From the NCBI GenBank assembly GCA_964425975.1, contig CAYROK010000001.1, positions 44,052 through 108,051 of the forward strand: 64,000 nt of DNA, written 5' to 3'. The notes under the pieces were generated by a model. That model saw only the letters and a list, made by a program, of their open reading frames with translations. It was not told the origin of the DNA and did not search any database. Position numbers and translations under genes: made by a program. Source of the DNA: an uncultured Candidatus Saccharibacteria bacterium (GTDB taxonomy: Bacteria; Patescibacteriota; Saccharimonadia; Saccharimonadales; UBA4665). Shown piece after piece: positions 14,440 to 24,745 of the stretch; positions within the stretch are counted from its first letter, which is position 1; each line of letters starts with the position of its first letter.

Positions 14440-15824
14440 ACGATTACCTCGATCGACCATTCATACTCGTTATCTTCGGCATAACCGGAGACCTTTCGCA
14501 ACGCAAGCTCTTGCCTGCTCTGTACCATCTTGTAAAACATAGGCAATTACCAGAGCGAATAAAGATCGTAGGAGTCAGTAGACACAAAGTGCCTGTTTCT
14601 GAGGTATATGAAACGTTGCACCAGAAAATTCACGGCGAAGACTATGATAAAGCAATCGTAGAACAGTTGCACCACGCGACCGAAATGCTCCAAATTGACC
14701 TGGACAATAGTAGTGACTACGAGCGTTTGCTAGAAGAACTCCGCGTCATGTCTGATGAGCTTGGACCAGGTGTTAGCCGTTTGTACTATCTTTCTATCCC
14801 CGCGCAAGCATTTGTGACTGTCGTGCATCATTTGGGCGAAACGCGCCACCATGAGCCATTCGGCCAAGATAGCGAACGACCTCGCCTGCTCGTAGAAAAA
14901 CCTTTTGGCTACGATACCGCTTCAGCAGAAACACTGGTTCAGGCAGCTGACGAACATTTTGGCGAGCAGCAAACATTCCGCATTGACCATTATTTAGCGA
15001 AAGAGACCGCGCAAAACATACTAACTTTTCGCTTTCAAAACCCGCTTTTTCAATCTATCTGGAATACGAAGCACATCGAAAGCATTCAGATTGTCGCATA
15101 CGAAACAATTGGTATCGAAAACCGCGTTGCATTTTACGAGCAGACTGGTGCGCTGAGGGATATTTTACAAAGCCATCTTATGCAACTACTGGCGCTTATC
15201 ACCATGGAAAAACCGGCAGCACTTGAAAGCCATGACATTCATAAATCAAAACTGCGTTTGCTTGAAAGCATTGACACCATAGCAGCTGATGAAGTTGAAA
15301 CAAGGGCAATACGAGGTCAGTACGATAGTTATACATCCGAGGTTGCAAACCAACACAGTCATGTTGAAACTTTTGCTCGGCTTCACCTAAAAATCGACAA
15401 CGAACAGTGGCGAGGCGTTCAGGTAAGCATAGAGACGGGTAAGGCACTTCACGAAAAGTGTACCGAAATAATAGTTCGTTTCCGAGCCAGCGAAGACGCG
15501 CCTGGGACGAACACATTGACGTTCCGCGTACAGCCGCAAGAAGGAATAACTCTATCGCTTCAGGCGAAAAGACCTGGTTTGAGTAAAGAGACTGAGACGG
15601 TAAAGATGGATTTTGACTATGACCGAGCTTTTTACGGCTTGACCGGCGACGCATACGAACGCGTAATTATTGATGCTGTCCGTGGCGATCAGTCACTCTT
15701 TGCAACCGCAGCCGAAGTACTGACCTCATGGCGTATTGTGGAAAATGTTTTAGAACAGTGGTCAGAAACCAGCAATGGGCTCAGAATATACCCTGTGGGT
15801 TCTCCGGCAAGCGATATTGTTTAA
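14436..15824 (+). CDS. zwf: glucose-6-phosphate 1-dehydrogenase
   Basis: 462 aa; GITGDLSQRKLLPAL and RIDHYLAKE signature motifs. Confidence 0.95.
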   Translation: MNDYLDRPFILVIFGITGDLSQRKLLPALYHLVKHRQLPERIKIVGVSRHKVPVSEVYETLHQKIHGEDYDKAIVEQLHHATEMLQIDLDNSSDYERLLEELRVMSDELGPGVSRLYYLSIPAQAFVTVVHHLGETRHHEPFGQDSERPRLLVEKPFGYDTASAETLVQAADEHFGEQQTFRIDHYLAKETAQNILTFRFQNPLFQSIWNTKHIESIQIVAYETIGIENRVAFYEQTGALRDILQSHLMQLLALITMEKPAALESHDIHKSKLRLLESIDTIAADEVETRAIRGQYDSYTSEVANQHSHVETFARLHLKIDNEQWRGVQVSIETGKALHEKCTEIIVRFRASEDAPGTNTLTFRVQPQEGITLSLQAKRPGLSKETETVKMDFDYDRAFYGLTGDAYERVIIDAVRGDQSLFATAAEVLTSWRIVENVLEQWSETSNGLRIYPVGSPASDIV

Positions 15825-15841
15825 AAAACCTGTAAAAATTC

Positions 15842-15871
15842 TTGCAATTTCGCTTGTGCTTGCTCTATAAT
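15842..15871 (+). promoter_or_regulatory. sigma70-type promoter for the glucan cluster
   Basis: TTGCAA-18 nt-TATAAT, about 70 nt upstream of ATG 15940. Confidence 0.55.
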
Positions 15872-15939
15872 CAGCTTATACTTAAAGTTGATAAAACAAC
15901 AATATTTTAAAAACACAGTAAAAACAGAGAGAGACATAC

Positions 15940-17184
15940 ATGAAGGTATTAATGCTTGGGTGGGAATTACCACCACATCATACCGGGGGGATGGGGGTAG
16001 TCTGTTACCAAATGTGCAAACAGCTTGCACGGAGTGGTGCAGAGATAGAGTTTGTGCTCCCATATACTGCTGACTTTTCACATATAAACTTTATGAAAAT
16101 CAACCCTGCCTTGCCCGACAATGTCGAGAAAGTTATTGGCAATCAAATCGGTAGCACCTACGACAGCCAATACTTTCAATATATTTCTGAAGATGGCTCA
16201 ACTCGTGGCGTCGCTATGAACGAACATCAAGCAAACTATGCGAGCTATGTTGCGCGTTTAGTACAGATCGGTCAATATGATGTCATCCATGCACACGACT
16301 GGTTAACATTTAGGGCGGCACTTGCAGCCAAACATGCTACCGGCTTACCCCTGTTTGTTCACGTCCACTCAACGGAATTTGACAGGTCGGGTGGCAATAG
16401 CGGCAATCCAATGGTACGCGAAATTGAGTACATTGGTCTACACCTTGCAGACAGGATTTTTGCTGTGAGCCAGGCAACAAAAGATATTATCGTCAGGGAA
16501 TACGGCATTGACCCAAATAAAATCGAAGTTGTTCATAATGCCATGGAGTTTGAAGCACATGAGCTTTATGAAGACACTTTAGACAATACTTTCAAATACC
16601 TCATGCGTATGAAAGAAGCCGGCTATGGAGTTGTCGTCAGTGCTGGTCGCTTAACAATCCAGAAAGGACTAACACATCTGCTGAAAGCGTTTCAGAAAGT
16701 TGTCGCAAATCGTCCGAAAAGTTTCTTGCTCGTTGTAGGACCTGGCGAGCAATACACCGAACTGATTGAACTTTCTGCCAAGCTTGGGCTTTCGGGCAAC
16801 GTAATTTTTACTGGTCATTTAAATGGCACTGGGAAACATTGGCGCGACGCATTTAAAATCGGCAACCTGTTTGTTATGCCAAGTGTGTCGGAACCATTCG
16901 GCTTGACACCATTTGAAGCGCTAGCTCAGCGAACACCTGCGCTTATTAGCAAACAAACCGGTGCGAGTGAAATACTTCATAGCGTTTTAAAAGTTGACTA
17001 TTGGGATGAAGACGAAATGGCCAACCAAATCATCTCAGTGCTTGATCATCGTGAGCTAGAAGAAACACTTGCCGCTAACGGTCACGAAGAAATGATGAAC
17101 CAGAGCTGGAAGAAACCCGTAGAGACCGTGATGCAGCACTACCATAGGCACGCCAGTGCTCATAAGGAGCTAGCGTATGTCTGA
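15940..17184 (+). CDS. glycosyltransferase family 4 (glycogen-synthase-like)
   Basis: 414 aa; GGMGVV N-terminus, C-terminal EPFGLTPFEA motif of GT-B retaining transferases. Confidence 0.8.
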   Translation: MKVLMLGWELPPHHTGGMGVVCYQMCKQLARSGAEIEFVLPYTADFSHINFMKINPALPDNVEKVIGNQIGSTYDSQYFQYISEDGSTRGVAMNEHQANYASYVARLVQIGQYDVIHAHDWLTFRAALAAKHATGLPLFVHVHSTEFDRSGGNSGNPMVREIEYIGLHLADRIFAVSQATKDIIVREYGIDPNKIEVVHNAMEFEAHELYEDTLDNTFKYLMRMKEAGYGVVVSAGRLTIQKGLTHLLKAFQKVVANRPKSFLLVVGPGEQYTELIELSAKLGLSGNVIFTGHLNGTGKHWRDAFKIGNLFVMPSVSEPFGLTPFEALAQRTPALISKQTGASEILHSVLKVDYWDEDEMANQIISVLDHRELEETLAANGHEEMMNQSWKKPVETVMQHYHRHASAHKELAYV

Positions 17185-18403
17185 GCATGAGCAAACACAA
17201 CGCGCAATTGTTTTATACCTCCATGTTCATCAGCCGTACCGTGTTCGACACTATACAATTTTTGACGCAGGCCAAAACCACAACTACTTCGAAGCACCGG
17301 CGGGTAGCCGCGAAAACAATGCTGATATTGTACGAAAGGTTGCTCACAAATCATACCTACCGACGAACGAACGGCTAATGCGAATGATTGCGCATAATCC
17401 TAAATTTAAACTATCTCTGTCCATAACCGGCACCGTACTTGAACAGCTGGAGGCATATGCTCCAGAAGTGCTCAAGAGTTTTCAAAATTTGATTGGCACT
17501 GGTCAAGTCGAGGTCGTGGGTGAAACCTATCATCATTCCCTCGCCTTTTTCTATAATCGCGATGAATTTGAGTCGCAAGTGCAGATGCATCGCGACATTG
17601 TGCGGCGCCTTTTTGGGGTAAATACCACCGCTTTTCGCAACACAGAACTCAGCTATAACAACGACCTGGCATATTGGGCTGATCAGGCTGGTTATAAGGC
17701 AATTATCACCGAGGGATGGGATCCGGTACTCGGTTGGCGAAGCCCGAACTTCCTGTATCGTCCGGCCTACACAGAACATGTCAAGCTACTCACAAAAAAC
17801 TATAAACTGAGTGATGACATAGCATTTCGTTTCAGCAACAAAGATTGGGAAGAATACCCCATGACCGTAGATAAGTTTATGTCCTGGACTAAAGACGCCT
17901 GGGATCAGCCGCTTCTTAATCTTTTTATGGACTACGAGACATTTGGTGAACACCAGTGGGAAGAAAGTGGAATTTTCGACTTTCTGCAGCACCTCCCAGA
18001 AGCATGGCTAAAAGAACCGGCTCACACGTTTCTAACTGTTTCAGAGGCGGCTGACACCTATGAGCCAAAAGATACGATCGATTGCCCTCAAACAATCACC
18101 TGGGCTGATACTGAACGAGATTTGACGGCATGGCTTGGAAATCGAATGCAGCAGGGTGCAATTTCGAGCCTGTACAGTTTAGCTGATCCTATACTGCAAA
18201 CTGGCGACTTTTCACTCATTGAAGACTGGCGCAAATTACAAACAAGCGATCATTTCTACTATATGTGTACAAAATATTTTACCGACGGTGATGTTCACGC
18301 CTATTTTAGCCCATACGAATCCCCCTACGAAGCCTATATTGCTTTTATGAATACGTATCATGACCTAAAATTTCGCCTTATAGAGAAAGGCGTGCCGGTC
18401 TAA
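17177..18403 (+). CDS. glycoside hydrolase family 57
   Basis: 408 aa; HQPYR, GQVEVVGETYHH and DYETFGEH motifs typical of GH57. Confidence 0.8.
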   Translation: MSEHEQTQRAIVLYLHVHQPYRVRHYTIFDAGQNHNYFEAPAGSRENNADIVRKVAHKSYLPTNERLMRMIAHNPKFKLSLSITGTVLEQLEAYAPEVLKSFQNLIGTGQVEVVGETYHHSLAFFYNRDEFESQVQMHRDIVRRLFGVNTTAFRNTELSYNNDLAYWADQAGYKAIITEGWDPVLGWRSPNFLYRPAYTEHVKLLTKNYKLSDDIAFRFSNKDWEEYPMTVDKFMSWTKDAWDQPLLNLFMDYETFGEHQWEESGIFDFLQHLPEAWLKEPAHTFLTVSEAADTYEPKDTIDCPQTITWADTERDLTAWLGNRMQQGAISSLYSLADPILQTGDFSLIEDWRKLQTSDHFYYMCTKYFTDGDVHAYFSPYESPYEAYIAFMNTYHDLKFRLIEKGVPV

Positions 18404-18472
18404 TGTTGTCCAGGTGGGCGTGGTCTGGTAAACAGAATATCTATGCTGCCGACTCTAACGGGGTGCCTTACT

Positions 18473-20404
18473 ATGGGTAGACCAGTTATCCTCGGTAACG
18501 GCGCTCTGACAGTTGGGCTTAACGAATTTGGACAGGTTCACGATTTTTACTATCCATATGTCGGACTCGATAACCTGACCACATCAAGGAGTCTACAGCA
18601 CCGGATTGGTGTCTTTGTAGACAACGAATTTTCGTGGGTCGACGATGGCACATGGGATATACACGTAAACGTTGAGGCGGATGCCCTTGTCAGTGATGTA
18701 CACCTAAATCACAAAGGCTACGGAATTTCTTTACACTGTAGCGATTTCGTCGACCAAGACTATAATGCATTTTGTCGCAAAATCCGCGTTATACAATCTG
18801 GTGCGGCGAAGCGAAATGTCAGAATATTCATGCATCAGGTATTTGAAATTTCTAGAGCAGGAAGGGGCGACACCGCTCTTTTTGTACCCGACGGTCCATA
18901 CATACTCGACTACAAGGGTCGGTGCAGTTTGATAATTTTTGCTCAAAGCCACGCAGGTAACCCTTTTGAGCAATACTGCGTCGGTAATTATGGCATAGAA
19001 AACAAAGAAGGTAGCTGGAAGGACGCTGAAGATGGTGAACTTTCTGGTAATGCTGTTGAACATGGCGGGGTAGATTCCGTCATTGGGACAACATTTTCAC
19101 TCGAACCAGGCGAAGAACAAACGCTCGAATACTGGGTGGCGGCAGCCGATTCTCAATATAGTGCCGAAAAAATTCATAACCAACTCTTAGATAGTGGCCT
19201 TGAAAGCCGCCTTGAAGCCGTCAGAGCACACTGGCACAAGTGGCTGCGCACCGGTTCGCAAGCTCTTTCCAACATGCCAGACCGAGAAAAAACAGCAGCA
19301 AAAAAATCACTGATGGTTATCAAAGCACACACTGACCGGCGCGGCGGAATCATCGCTAGCTGTGACTCAAGTATTTACAACTACAACCGAGATTATTATA
19401 GCTATGTTTGGCCACGCGACGGCGCTTACGCTATGTGGCCATTAATACGACTCGGGTACACCGAAGAGCCTCAGAAATTTTTTGAATTCTGTCGTGACAT
19501 TATGAATCCAGATGGTTACATGATGCACAAATATCAGCCTGACAAAGCCATTGGCAGCACTTGGCATCCTCTTATACACGGTAGGCGAACCGAACTCGCC
19601 ATCCAAGAAGATGAAACGGCAATAGTGCTTTATATGCTGTTTGAGCTCTATGAAGAATCGAAAGATAGAGAGTTTGTGTCGAACCTGTACGCTGCTATGG
19701 TACAACCGATGGCAAATTTCCTAGCCTCTTATGTCGACGAGCAAACGGGTTTGCCTCATGCGAGTTATGATTTGTGGGAAGAAAAATTTCTCACAAACAC
19801 CTATACTGTTGCAGTCGTTCACCGAGCTCTTACGTGCGCCGGTGACATAGCAGAGCTACTCGAATACCCAGACGATGCCGATAAGTGGCGTACCGTGGCT
19901 TCGAAAGTAGGTGAACAGATGGCAGTTTTTGTTGATCCAGAGCGCGGATATTTACGCAAAGGCTATCTGCTGCAAGAAGATGGCTCGCTTAGCTTCGACA
20001 ATACCCTCGATGTCTCGAGCGCCTATGGAGCCATGATGTATGCGACGAAAGCGATTGGCCCGGAACATATACGAGAGACATTTGCCGGAATTGAGAAGCT
20101 GCTTTTAGACCAGTCACCTTCTGGAGGCTCGCCGAGGTACGAGCATGACCGCTATTTTGCGAGCGAACCGGCATATATGGGTAATCCATGGTTTGTCACA
20201 AGTCTATGGATTGCGCAGTACTACATACAAACCCATCGTGATGAAGATGCGAAAAAACTAGTTGCCTGGACGCTTGACCACGCACTTCCAAGCGGCGCCC
20301 TCAGCGAACAGCTAAATCCCACGACGAGCGAACCCACCTCGGTATTGCCCTTGGTCTGGAGCCACGCCGAACTATTAAACACGCTCCTCGATTTGTACGG
20401 CTAG
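18473..20404 (+). CDS. glycoside hydrolase family 15 (glucoamylase/glucodextranase-like)
   Basis: YSYVWPRDGAY, DLWEE and WSHAE motifs; start at ATG 18473 (MGRPVILGNG) preferred over 18443. Confidence 0.8.
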   Translation: MGRPVILGNGALTVGLNEFGQVHDFYYPYVGLDNLTTSRSLQHRIGVFVDNEFSWVDDGTWDIHVNVEADALVSDVHLNHKGYGISLHCSDFVDQDYNAFCRKIRVIQSGAAKRNVRIFMHQVFEISRAGRGDTALFVPDGPYILDYKGRCSLIIFAQSHAGNPFEQYCVGNYGIENKEGSWKDAEDGELSGNAVEHGGVDSVIGTTFSLEPGEEQTLEYWVAAADSQYSAEKIHNQLLDSGLESRLEAVRAHWHKWLRTGSQALSNMPDREKTAAKKSLMVIKAHTDRRGGIIASCDSSIYNYNRDYYSYVWPRDGAYAMWPLIRLGYTEEPQKFFEFCRDIMNPDGYMMHKYQPDKAIGSTWHPLIHGRRTELAIQEDETAIVLYMLFELYEESKDREFVSNLYAAMVQPMANFLASYVDEQTGLPHASYDLWEEKFLTNTYTVAVVHRALTCAGDIAELLEYPDDADKWRTVASKVGEQMAVFVDPERGYLRKGYLLQEDGSLSFDNTLDVSSAYGAMMYATKAIGPEHIRETFAGIEKLLLDQSPSGGSPRYEHDRYFASEPAYMGNPWFVTSLWIAQYYIQTHRDEDAKKLVAWTLDHALPSGALSEQLNPTTSEPTSVLPLVWSHAELLNTLLDLYG

Positions 20405-20557
20405 AAAATCAATCTAAACAGTGGCATTTTGCGTTTAGGCGACATGTATTAACTGTCGGCTTTGTTGAGCGCAGAACGATGCGACAGCCGAGCTTTGAGG
20501 CATGAGGAGATATGTTTCGAATTGATTTCGAAGCACCGAGGAGGACAAGAGCACTCC

Positions 20558-20761
20558 TTATTTTTTAGGTTTGACTTCGTTGCGACCGAGGTTTTTCTTT
20601 GTTTCGGTAAAAACAACGTGCTTACGCAGTTTTTTGCTGTATTTACGGAGGCTCAGCTTTTCCGGAGTGTTCATGGTGTTTTTGCTGGTGTAGTATATGC
20701 GCTCGCCTGACTCTTCACTCACAAGGCCAATCAATTTGCGCTTTTCGTTCTTCTTTGCCAT
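20558..20761 (-). CDS. rpmG: 50S ribosomal protein L33
   Basis: 67 aa, [22 protein letters not shown] core. Confidence 0.85.
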   Translation of the reverse strand: MAKKNEKRKLIGLVSEESGERIYYTSKNTMNTPEKLSLRKYSKKLRKHVVFTETKKNLGRNEVKPKK

Positions 20762-20770
20762 ATTCCATAC

Positions 20771-20799
20771 ATTCTAACAGATACAAATAGGTTTGTAAA
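20771..20799 (-). promoter_or_regulatory. promoter of rpmG
   Basis: minus-sense TTTACA-17 nt-TAGAAT, 9 nt before the ATG. Confidence 0.6.
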
Positions 20800-20812
20800 C
20801 GAAATAGCAAAC

Positions 20813-20843
20813 AAAAAAACCGAGTGATCGGCTCGGTTCTTTT
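20813..20843 (-). terminator. intrinsic terminator (bidirectional shape)
   Basis: AACCGAG-tgatcgg-CTCGGTT flanked by A7 and T4; minus-sense reads hairpin plus TTTTTTT. Confidence 0.75.
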
Positions 20844-21006
20844 GCTTCCTGCAAGAAGTTGAGGAGATTTTGGTAAACTTGTTCGCTAGTTTGGCTAACG
20901 ATAGTTTACGGGAGGTTGACCGCTTTAGGTTCGCTGTTTACACGTTCCTTAGGGTCATCTATGTAAGTGTTTGGTGTTTTTATGCGCCAAAGCGCTTACT
21001 ATATGA

Positions 21007-21035
21007 AGTGTAGGATACTGCTAATGTTTTGTCAA
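21007..21035 (-). promoter_or_regulatory. strong orphan promoter downstream of tRNA-Thr
   Basis: minus-sense TTGACA-17 nt-TACACT; faces the terminator at 20813-20843. Confidence 0.6.
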
Positions 21036-21043
21036 ATTTGGCA

Positions 21044-21118
<75 letters not shown>

Positions 21119-21157
21119 TTGTAGCACCTGATTATAGCATACCGGCTGAGTCAATCA

Positions 21158-22423
21158 CTAGCGCTGAATACTATCTAGAGCAGCATGTTTATAAACATAA
21201 AACTCTCGGAAACCAGTCGAAAGCATCGACATACCGTGTCTTACAAAGAGCAGCTGATCAAGTTCCTTTGTTATGGTATTTTTGTCAGAACTGCGGTCAT
21301 TGAGCATCAGCTCTAACGCGGTTCTAATGTACGAAAACAGCTCTGCTGCTAACTCTCCCCGGTAAATAATTAAGCCCTGGCTATCTATTTCAAACACTTT
21401 ACCTTCAATATTCTCACGGTGCGTCGTTTTAATCCCCTGCTTGGCAATGAATTCATCGTATTCACGGCCGTATTTGGCATTTATTCCCTCTTCCATAAGC
21501 TCATCTGTTATGTAGTCCGAGGGTTTCTTCGCATCTAATCGCTGCTGTACTATAAGTGCTACCTGAGTCGGTGGCGGCGGCGTGCCAGGATTATTTTGCC
21601 TGATCCTGCTAGCGACGACAGAAGGCAGGTCGTTTTTATGAGTCATGAGTCCAAACTGTTGCTCGGATAAATTGTATTCTTCATACGTTTTCTGCAAGAG
21701 GCACGAAAAACCGTCCAAATCGCCTCGTAAATAGCAGCGGTAAATGTACATTTTTACCTCATCTCGTGACCAAGGTACAAATACGTCACCACGGTTTGAA
21801 CCTAGGCCTTTTACTACAACATCATCTATAACCTGGTTTATGAGTTCACGATAGTCATCATAGGTCTCGTAACCATCAGGATAGGTTTCGATAGCCAACA
21901 TTTCCGTAACTGCCTCATTAAACGATAAGAAGTAATCACTAGTCAGCTGACCTTCCTTGCCGGCTCGGATATCCAGGCCAAAGGTGCGCCTAAAACCAAC
22001 ATTGTTTCTTTTTGCTATAGGCGTTTGAATACCTTCACTATAATCACGGCCTATGTGTGAGAAATAGTGCAAAAACTCGTGCACAGCAATTTTTATTGTA
22101 TCTTCGGGCTTGTTGATGTGCTCCCTAAGGATGACAACTCGATTAGTCGAAGAGTCGAAATACCCTGCAAAATGGGGCATATCAGGTTCAGCATCCTTAA
22201 AGTTAACGACTGGTTTGTCCTGGTCTCCGACAGTCAGGCGGTTGCCCTGGCCAAGTAGCTGGTTGATTTTATTTGCTACAAGCTGCCAGGCGACAGAGGC
22301 TAGCCTGTATTCTTCACTATTGTCAACATCTAGCTCAAGTACGCCCCTAGGTAAATATACCAGGCGCCTGGTACCGTATACCTCGTTTAAGCACGCGTTG
22401 CGTTTCTCTGGAGATGGCTGCAT
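21158..22423 (-). CDS. hypothetical protein with HExxH zinc-metallopeptidase motif
   Basis: ORF 21158-22441; ATG 22423 preferred (TATACT 6 nt upstream); IKIAVHEFLHYFSH plus downstream FNEAVTE; proline run PGTPPPPT; no family recognised. Confidence 0.6.
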   Translation of the reverse strand: MQPSPEKRNACLNEVYGTRRLVYLPRGVLELDVDNSEEYRLASVAWQLVANKINQLLGQGNRLTVGDQDKPVVNFKDAEPDMPHFAGYFDSSTNRVVILREHINKPEDTIKIAVHEFLHYFSHIGRDYSEGIQTPIAKRNNVGFRRTFGLDIRAGKEGQLTSDYFLSFNEAVTEMLAIETYPDGYETYDDYRELINQVIDDVVVKGLGSNRGDVFVPWSRDEVKMYIYRCYLRGDLDGFSCLLQKTYEEYNLSEQQFGLMTHKNDLPSVVASRIRQNNPGTPPPPTQVALIVQQRLDAKKPSDYITDELMEEGINAKYGREYDEFIAKQGIKTTHRENIEGKVFEIDSQGLIIYRGELAAELFSYIRTALELMLNDRSSDKNTITKELDQLLFVRHGMSMLSTGFREFYVYKHAALDSIQR

Positions 22424-22429
22424 AGCAAT

Positions 22430-22458
22430 AGTATACCACAATACTTACGAATATACAA
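22430..22458 (-). promoter_or_regulatory. promoter of the HExxH gene (leaderless layout)
   Basis: minus-sense TTGTAT-17 nt-TATACT-attgct-ATG. Confidence 0.6.
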
Positions 22459-22506
22459 ATATACGTATCAACCTTTGTCAGAATGCACAATTTGTACTGC
22501 TACATG

Positions 22507-22592
22507 TGGTGCAGGGTGTAGGATTCGAACCTACGAAGGCATAAGCCAACAGATTTACAGTCTGTCGTGTTTGACCGCTTCACTAACCCTGC
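22507..22592 (-). tRNA. trnY: tRNA-Tyr (GTA anticodon), long variable arm, CCA encoded
   Basis: Hand-folded: GCAGGGT/ACCCTGC acceptor, loop CTGTAAA, 14-nt variable arm, GTAGG-TTCGAAT-CCTAC. Confidence 0.9.
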
Positions 22593-22655
22593 TTGTCCTC
22601 TTGAATATCCAAACGCTCGGCAGCGCTTCTTCGTTTGGAGATTTTGTTAAGGTTC

Positions 22656-22732
22656 TGGAGCCGCCTGTCGGATTCGAACCGACGACCCACAGTTTACAAA
22701 ACTGTTGCTCTGGCCAACTGAGCTAAGGCGGC
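22656..22732 (-). tRNA. trnT: tRNA-Thr (TGT anticodon), CCA encoded
   Basis: Hand-folded: GCCGCCT/AGGCGGC acceptor, loop TTTGTAA, GTCGG-TTCGAAT-CCGAC. Confidence 0.9.
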
Positions 22733-22805
22733 ATCAATCAGGCATAAGTGTATCAAAACAGAGGTTGCGTGGCAATATCAAGATACTCAGTGATATAGTA
22801 TGACA

Positions 22806-23228
22806 ATGAATATTCTGCAAAAAGCCGGTGGTATCGTTTTGCAACGGAAAACAGGCAATGTTTGCGTAGTCATGAACGAATTCGGCCGGTTCGTAATTCC
22901 TAAAGGTAGTATCGAGCAGCATGAAACACCGGAAATCGTCGCTAAGCGAGAGGTATACGAAGAAACCGGACTGAAAGCTCTGACCCTACTACGTAAAGCT
23001 GGTGTACTTAAACGCAGTGGGCATGCTTCCGTATTGTCAAAGCATGCCGATGTTTTAAAAGAAATCCATTTTTTTCTCTACGAAACAAGTGAAGACTCGC
23101 TACGGCCACAGACCTCTGATAGTGTCTCGGCACGATGGGTCGACGTACACGCTTTAGCTAAAACGTTGAGCTGGGTCGAAGAATATGAATTCGTCAAAAA
23201 AAAGTGCCCGGAACTATTCGCTAGATGA
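22806..23228 (+). CDS. Nudix hydrolase
   Basis: Nudix box GSIEQHETPEIVAKREVYEETGL; ATG 22806 lies 6 nt after TATAGT (22794-22799); ATG 22800 is an alternative start. Confidence 0.8.
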   Translation: MNILQKAGGIVLQRKTGNVCVVMNEFGRFVIPKGSIEQHETPEIVAKREVYEETGLKALTLLRKAGVLKRSGHASVLSKHADVLKEIHFFLYETSEDSLRPQTSDSVSARWVDVHALAKTLSWVEEYEFVKKKCPELFAR

Positions 23229-23895
23229 CAACGCGGCGGGGGCGGAGTATGCGGCGTGGTTTGCCGGAGGGGACAATGAGTTTTTTAAGTTTTTCCTCAA
23301 TTGTTTTGGCATCGTCATCCATGCCTCGTTCTAGATACGCTCGCTGAAGGAGTGAGTAGGTCTCTTCGTTTGGCTCAAGTTCTACTGCACGCAGCAGAGA
23401 TGCAAACATAAGTTTTTCATTACCGAGCTTTTCATTGACTTTTGCATACGCGACATGGCGAGTTGCAAGATTTTCCTCGAGTTTTAAGGCTTGCTCAAAG
23501 GCGATTCCAGCCTTTTCGTAGTTCTCGGTTTCGTAATAAATAAGCCCCAAGTTATGGAGGCTCGATGGGGTAGCTTCTATACTGCTAGCAATCTCAAAAC
23601 AGTCGATTGCGTCACGATATTCTTTCTGTTTTGCATAAAGTATCCCAAGTCGGTTATAAGCAGCAGCATTTTTTTCATCTATTTTGAGTATGGTCAGCAA
23701 AGCTTTCTCGGCACGCAAGAAGCGGTTTTCTCGCATACCTTGGTGAGCAATATCCCACAGTTTGCCTATACGGTCTCCGACTTTGCGGGAAATATCTGAC
23801 TCATCTTCAGAGCGTTTGCGCGTGTGCAAAAGCCCCATAAACCCAAAAACACTTACTACCAAAAGTTCATACATATCGTCATGGTAGTATAGCAC
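23221..23895 (-). CDS. TPR-repeat protein with N-terminal TM helix
   Basis: 224 aa; several 34-aa TPR-like units (AAYNRLGILYAKQKEYRDAIDCFE..., LHNLGLIYYETENYEKAGIAFEQAL). Confidence 0.7.
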   Translation of the reverse strand: MLYYHDDMYELLVVSVFGFMGLLHTRKRSEDESDISRKVGDRIGKLWDIAHQGMRENRFLRAEKALLTILKIDEKNAAAYNRLGILYAKQKEYRDAIDCFEIASSIEATPSSLHNLGLIYYETENYEKAGIAFEQALKLEENLATRHVAYAKVNEKLGNEKLMFASLLRAVELEPNEETYSLLQRAYLERGMDDDAKTIEEKLKKLIVPSGKPRRILRPRRVVI

Positions 23896-23896
23896 A

Positions 23897-24745
23897 CTAT
23901 AGTGAAAGCATAAGTTCAGTCAGAACCAGTTTTTGGTTGCCGTTTTGTGCGAGAGCCTTTTGTGCCGTTACGGCAGATTGTAAGACCTTATGCCACCGGC
24001 CTATCTGTTTTGATGTATGCAAGCTAGCCGATGCAGTAATAACAAGCACATCCACAAAAGCCTTCGCCTTAGTCTTATCTTTGAGTTCTGTGTCAACAAA
24101 CGACAGACGTACAAACGTCTCCGCCCCGAGTATACGTTTTACTAGATCTAAAATAGCTTCATTTGCATCCTGACCTTCGAGAGATGCTTTGAGCTTTGCG
24201 AGGCTTCCGTTTGCAATAACAAGAGCTTTTTTTACACTTTCTATATCATGTCCTTGACTAGCAAAATGCTCGAGAACTTTTGCTTCGTCAGGCGGTAAGA
24301 TCCGAAGAGTTTGAAGCCGGGAGCGAATGGTTGGTAGAAGTTTACGCGGTGAAGATGAGGTCAAAATTATTGCCATTCGCGGCGATGGCTCCTCGAGCAG
24401 CTTGAGCAGTGCATTCTGAGCCTCTCTTGTCATACTTTCAGCATCAAATATACACAGAACCCGTGCTATTGGTTGCGAACCAGGAACAGCCAGCTGTACG
24501 AAACTAGACAGTCCTCTTACTTGTTCAATAACAATCTTTGAATCGAGTGGTTCAATAACCTTTACGTAAGGGTACTGCTCAAGTTTCTCAGCTGTTACCC
24601 CAAGCAGCTCGGCCGCTAGATTCCGAGCAATTATAGTTTTTCCATTTCCTGCATTCCCAACGAGCAAAATCGCCTGCGAAGGCTCCTGTACGTACGCTTC
24701 AAGTACTTTCAAAGTTTCGTCATGAAGCAAAAGTTCTACTTTCAT
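23897..24745 (-). CDS. holB: DNA polymerase III delta-prime subunit
   Basis: 282 aa; AAA+ P-loop LLVGNAGNGKT, NALLKLLEEP, TIRSR sensor motif. Confidence 0.8.
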   Translation of the reverse strand: MKVELLLHDETLKVLEAYVQEPSQAILLVGNAGNGKTIIARNLAAELLGVTAEKLEQYPYVKVIEPLDSKIVIEQVRGLSSFVQLAVPGSQPIARVLCIFDAESMTREAQNALLKLLEEPSPRMAIILTSSSPRKLLPTIRSRLQTLRILPPDEAKVLEHFASQGHDIESVKKALVIANGSLAKLKASLEGQDANEAILDLVKRILGAETFVRLSFVDTELKDKTKAKAFVDVLVITASASLHTSKQIGRWHKVLQSAVTAQKALAQNGNQKLVLTELMLSL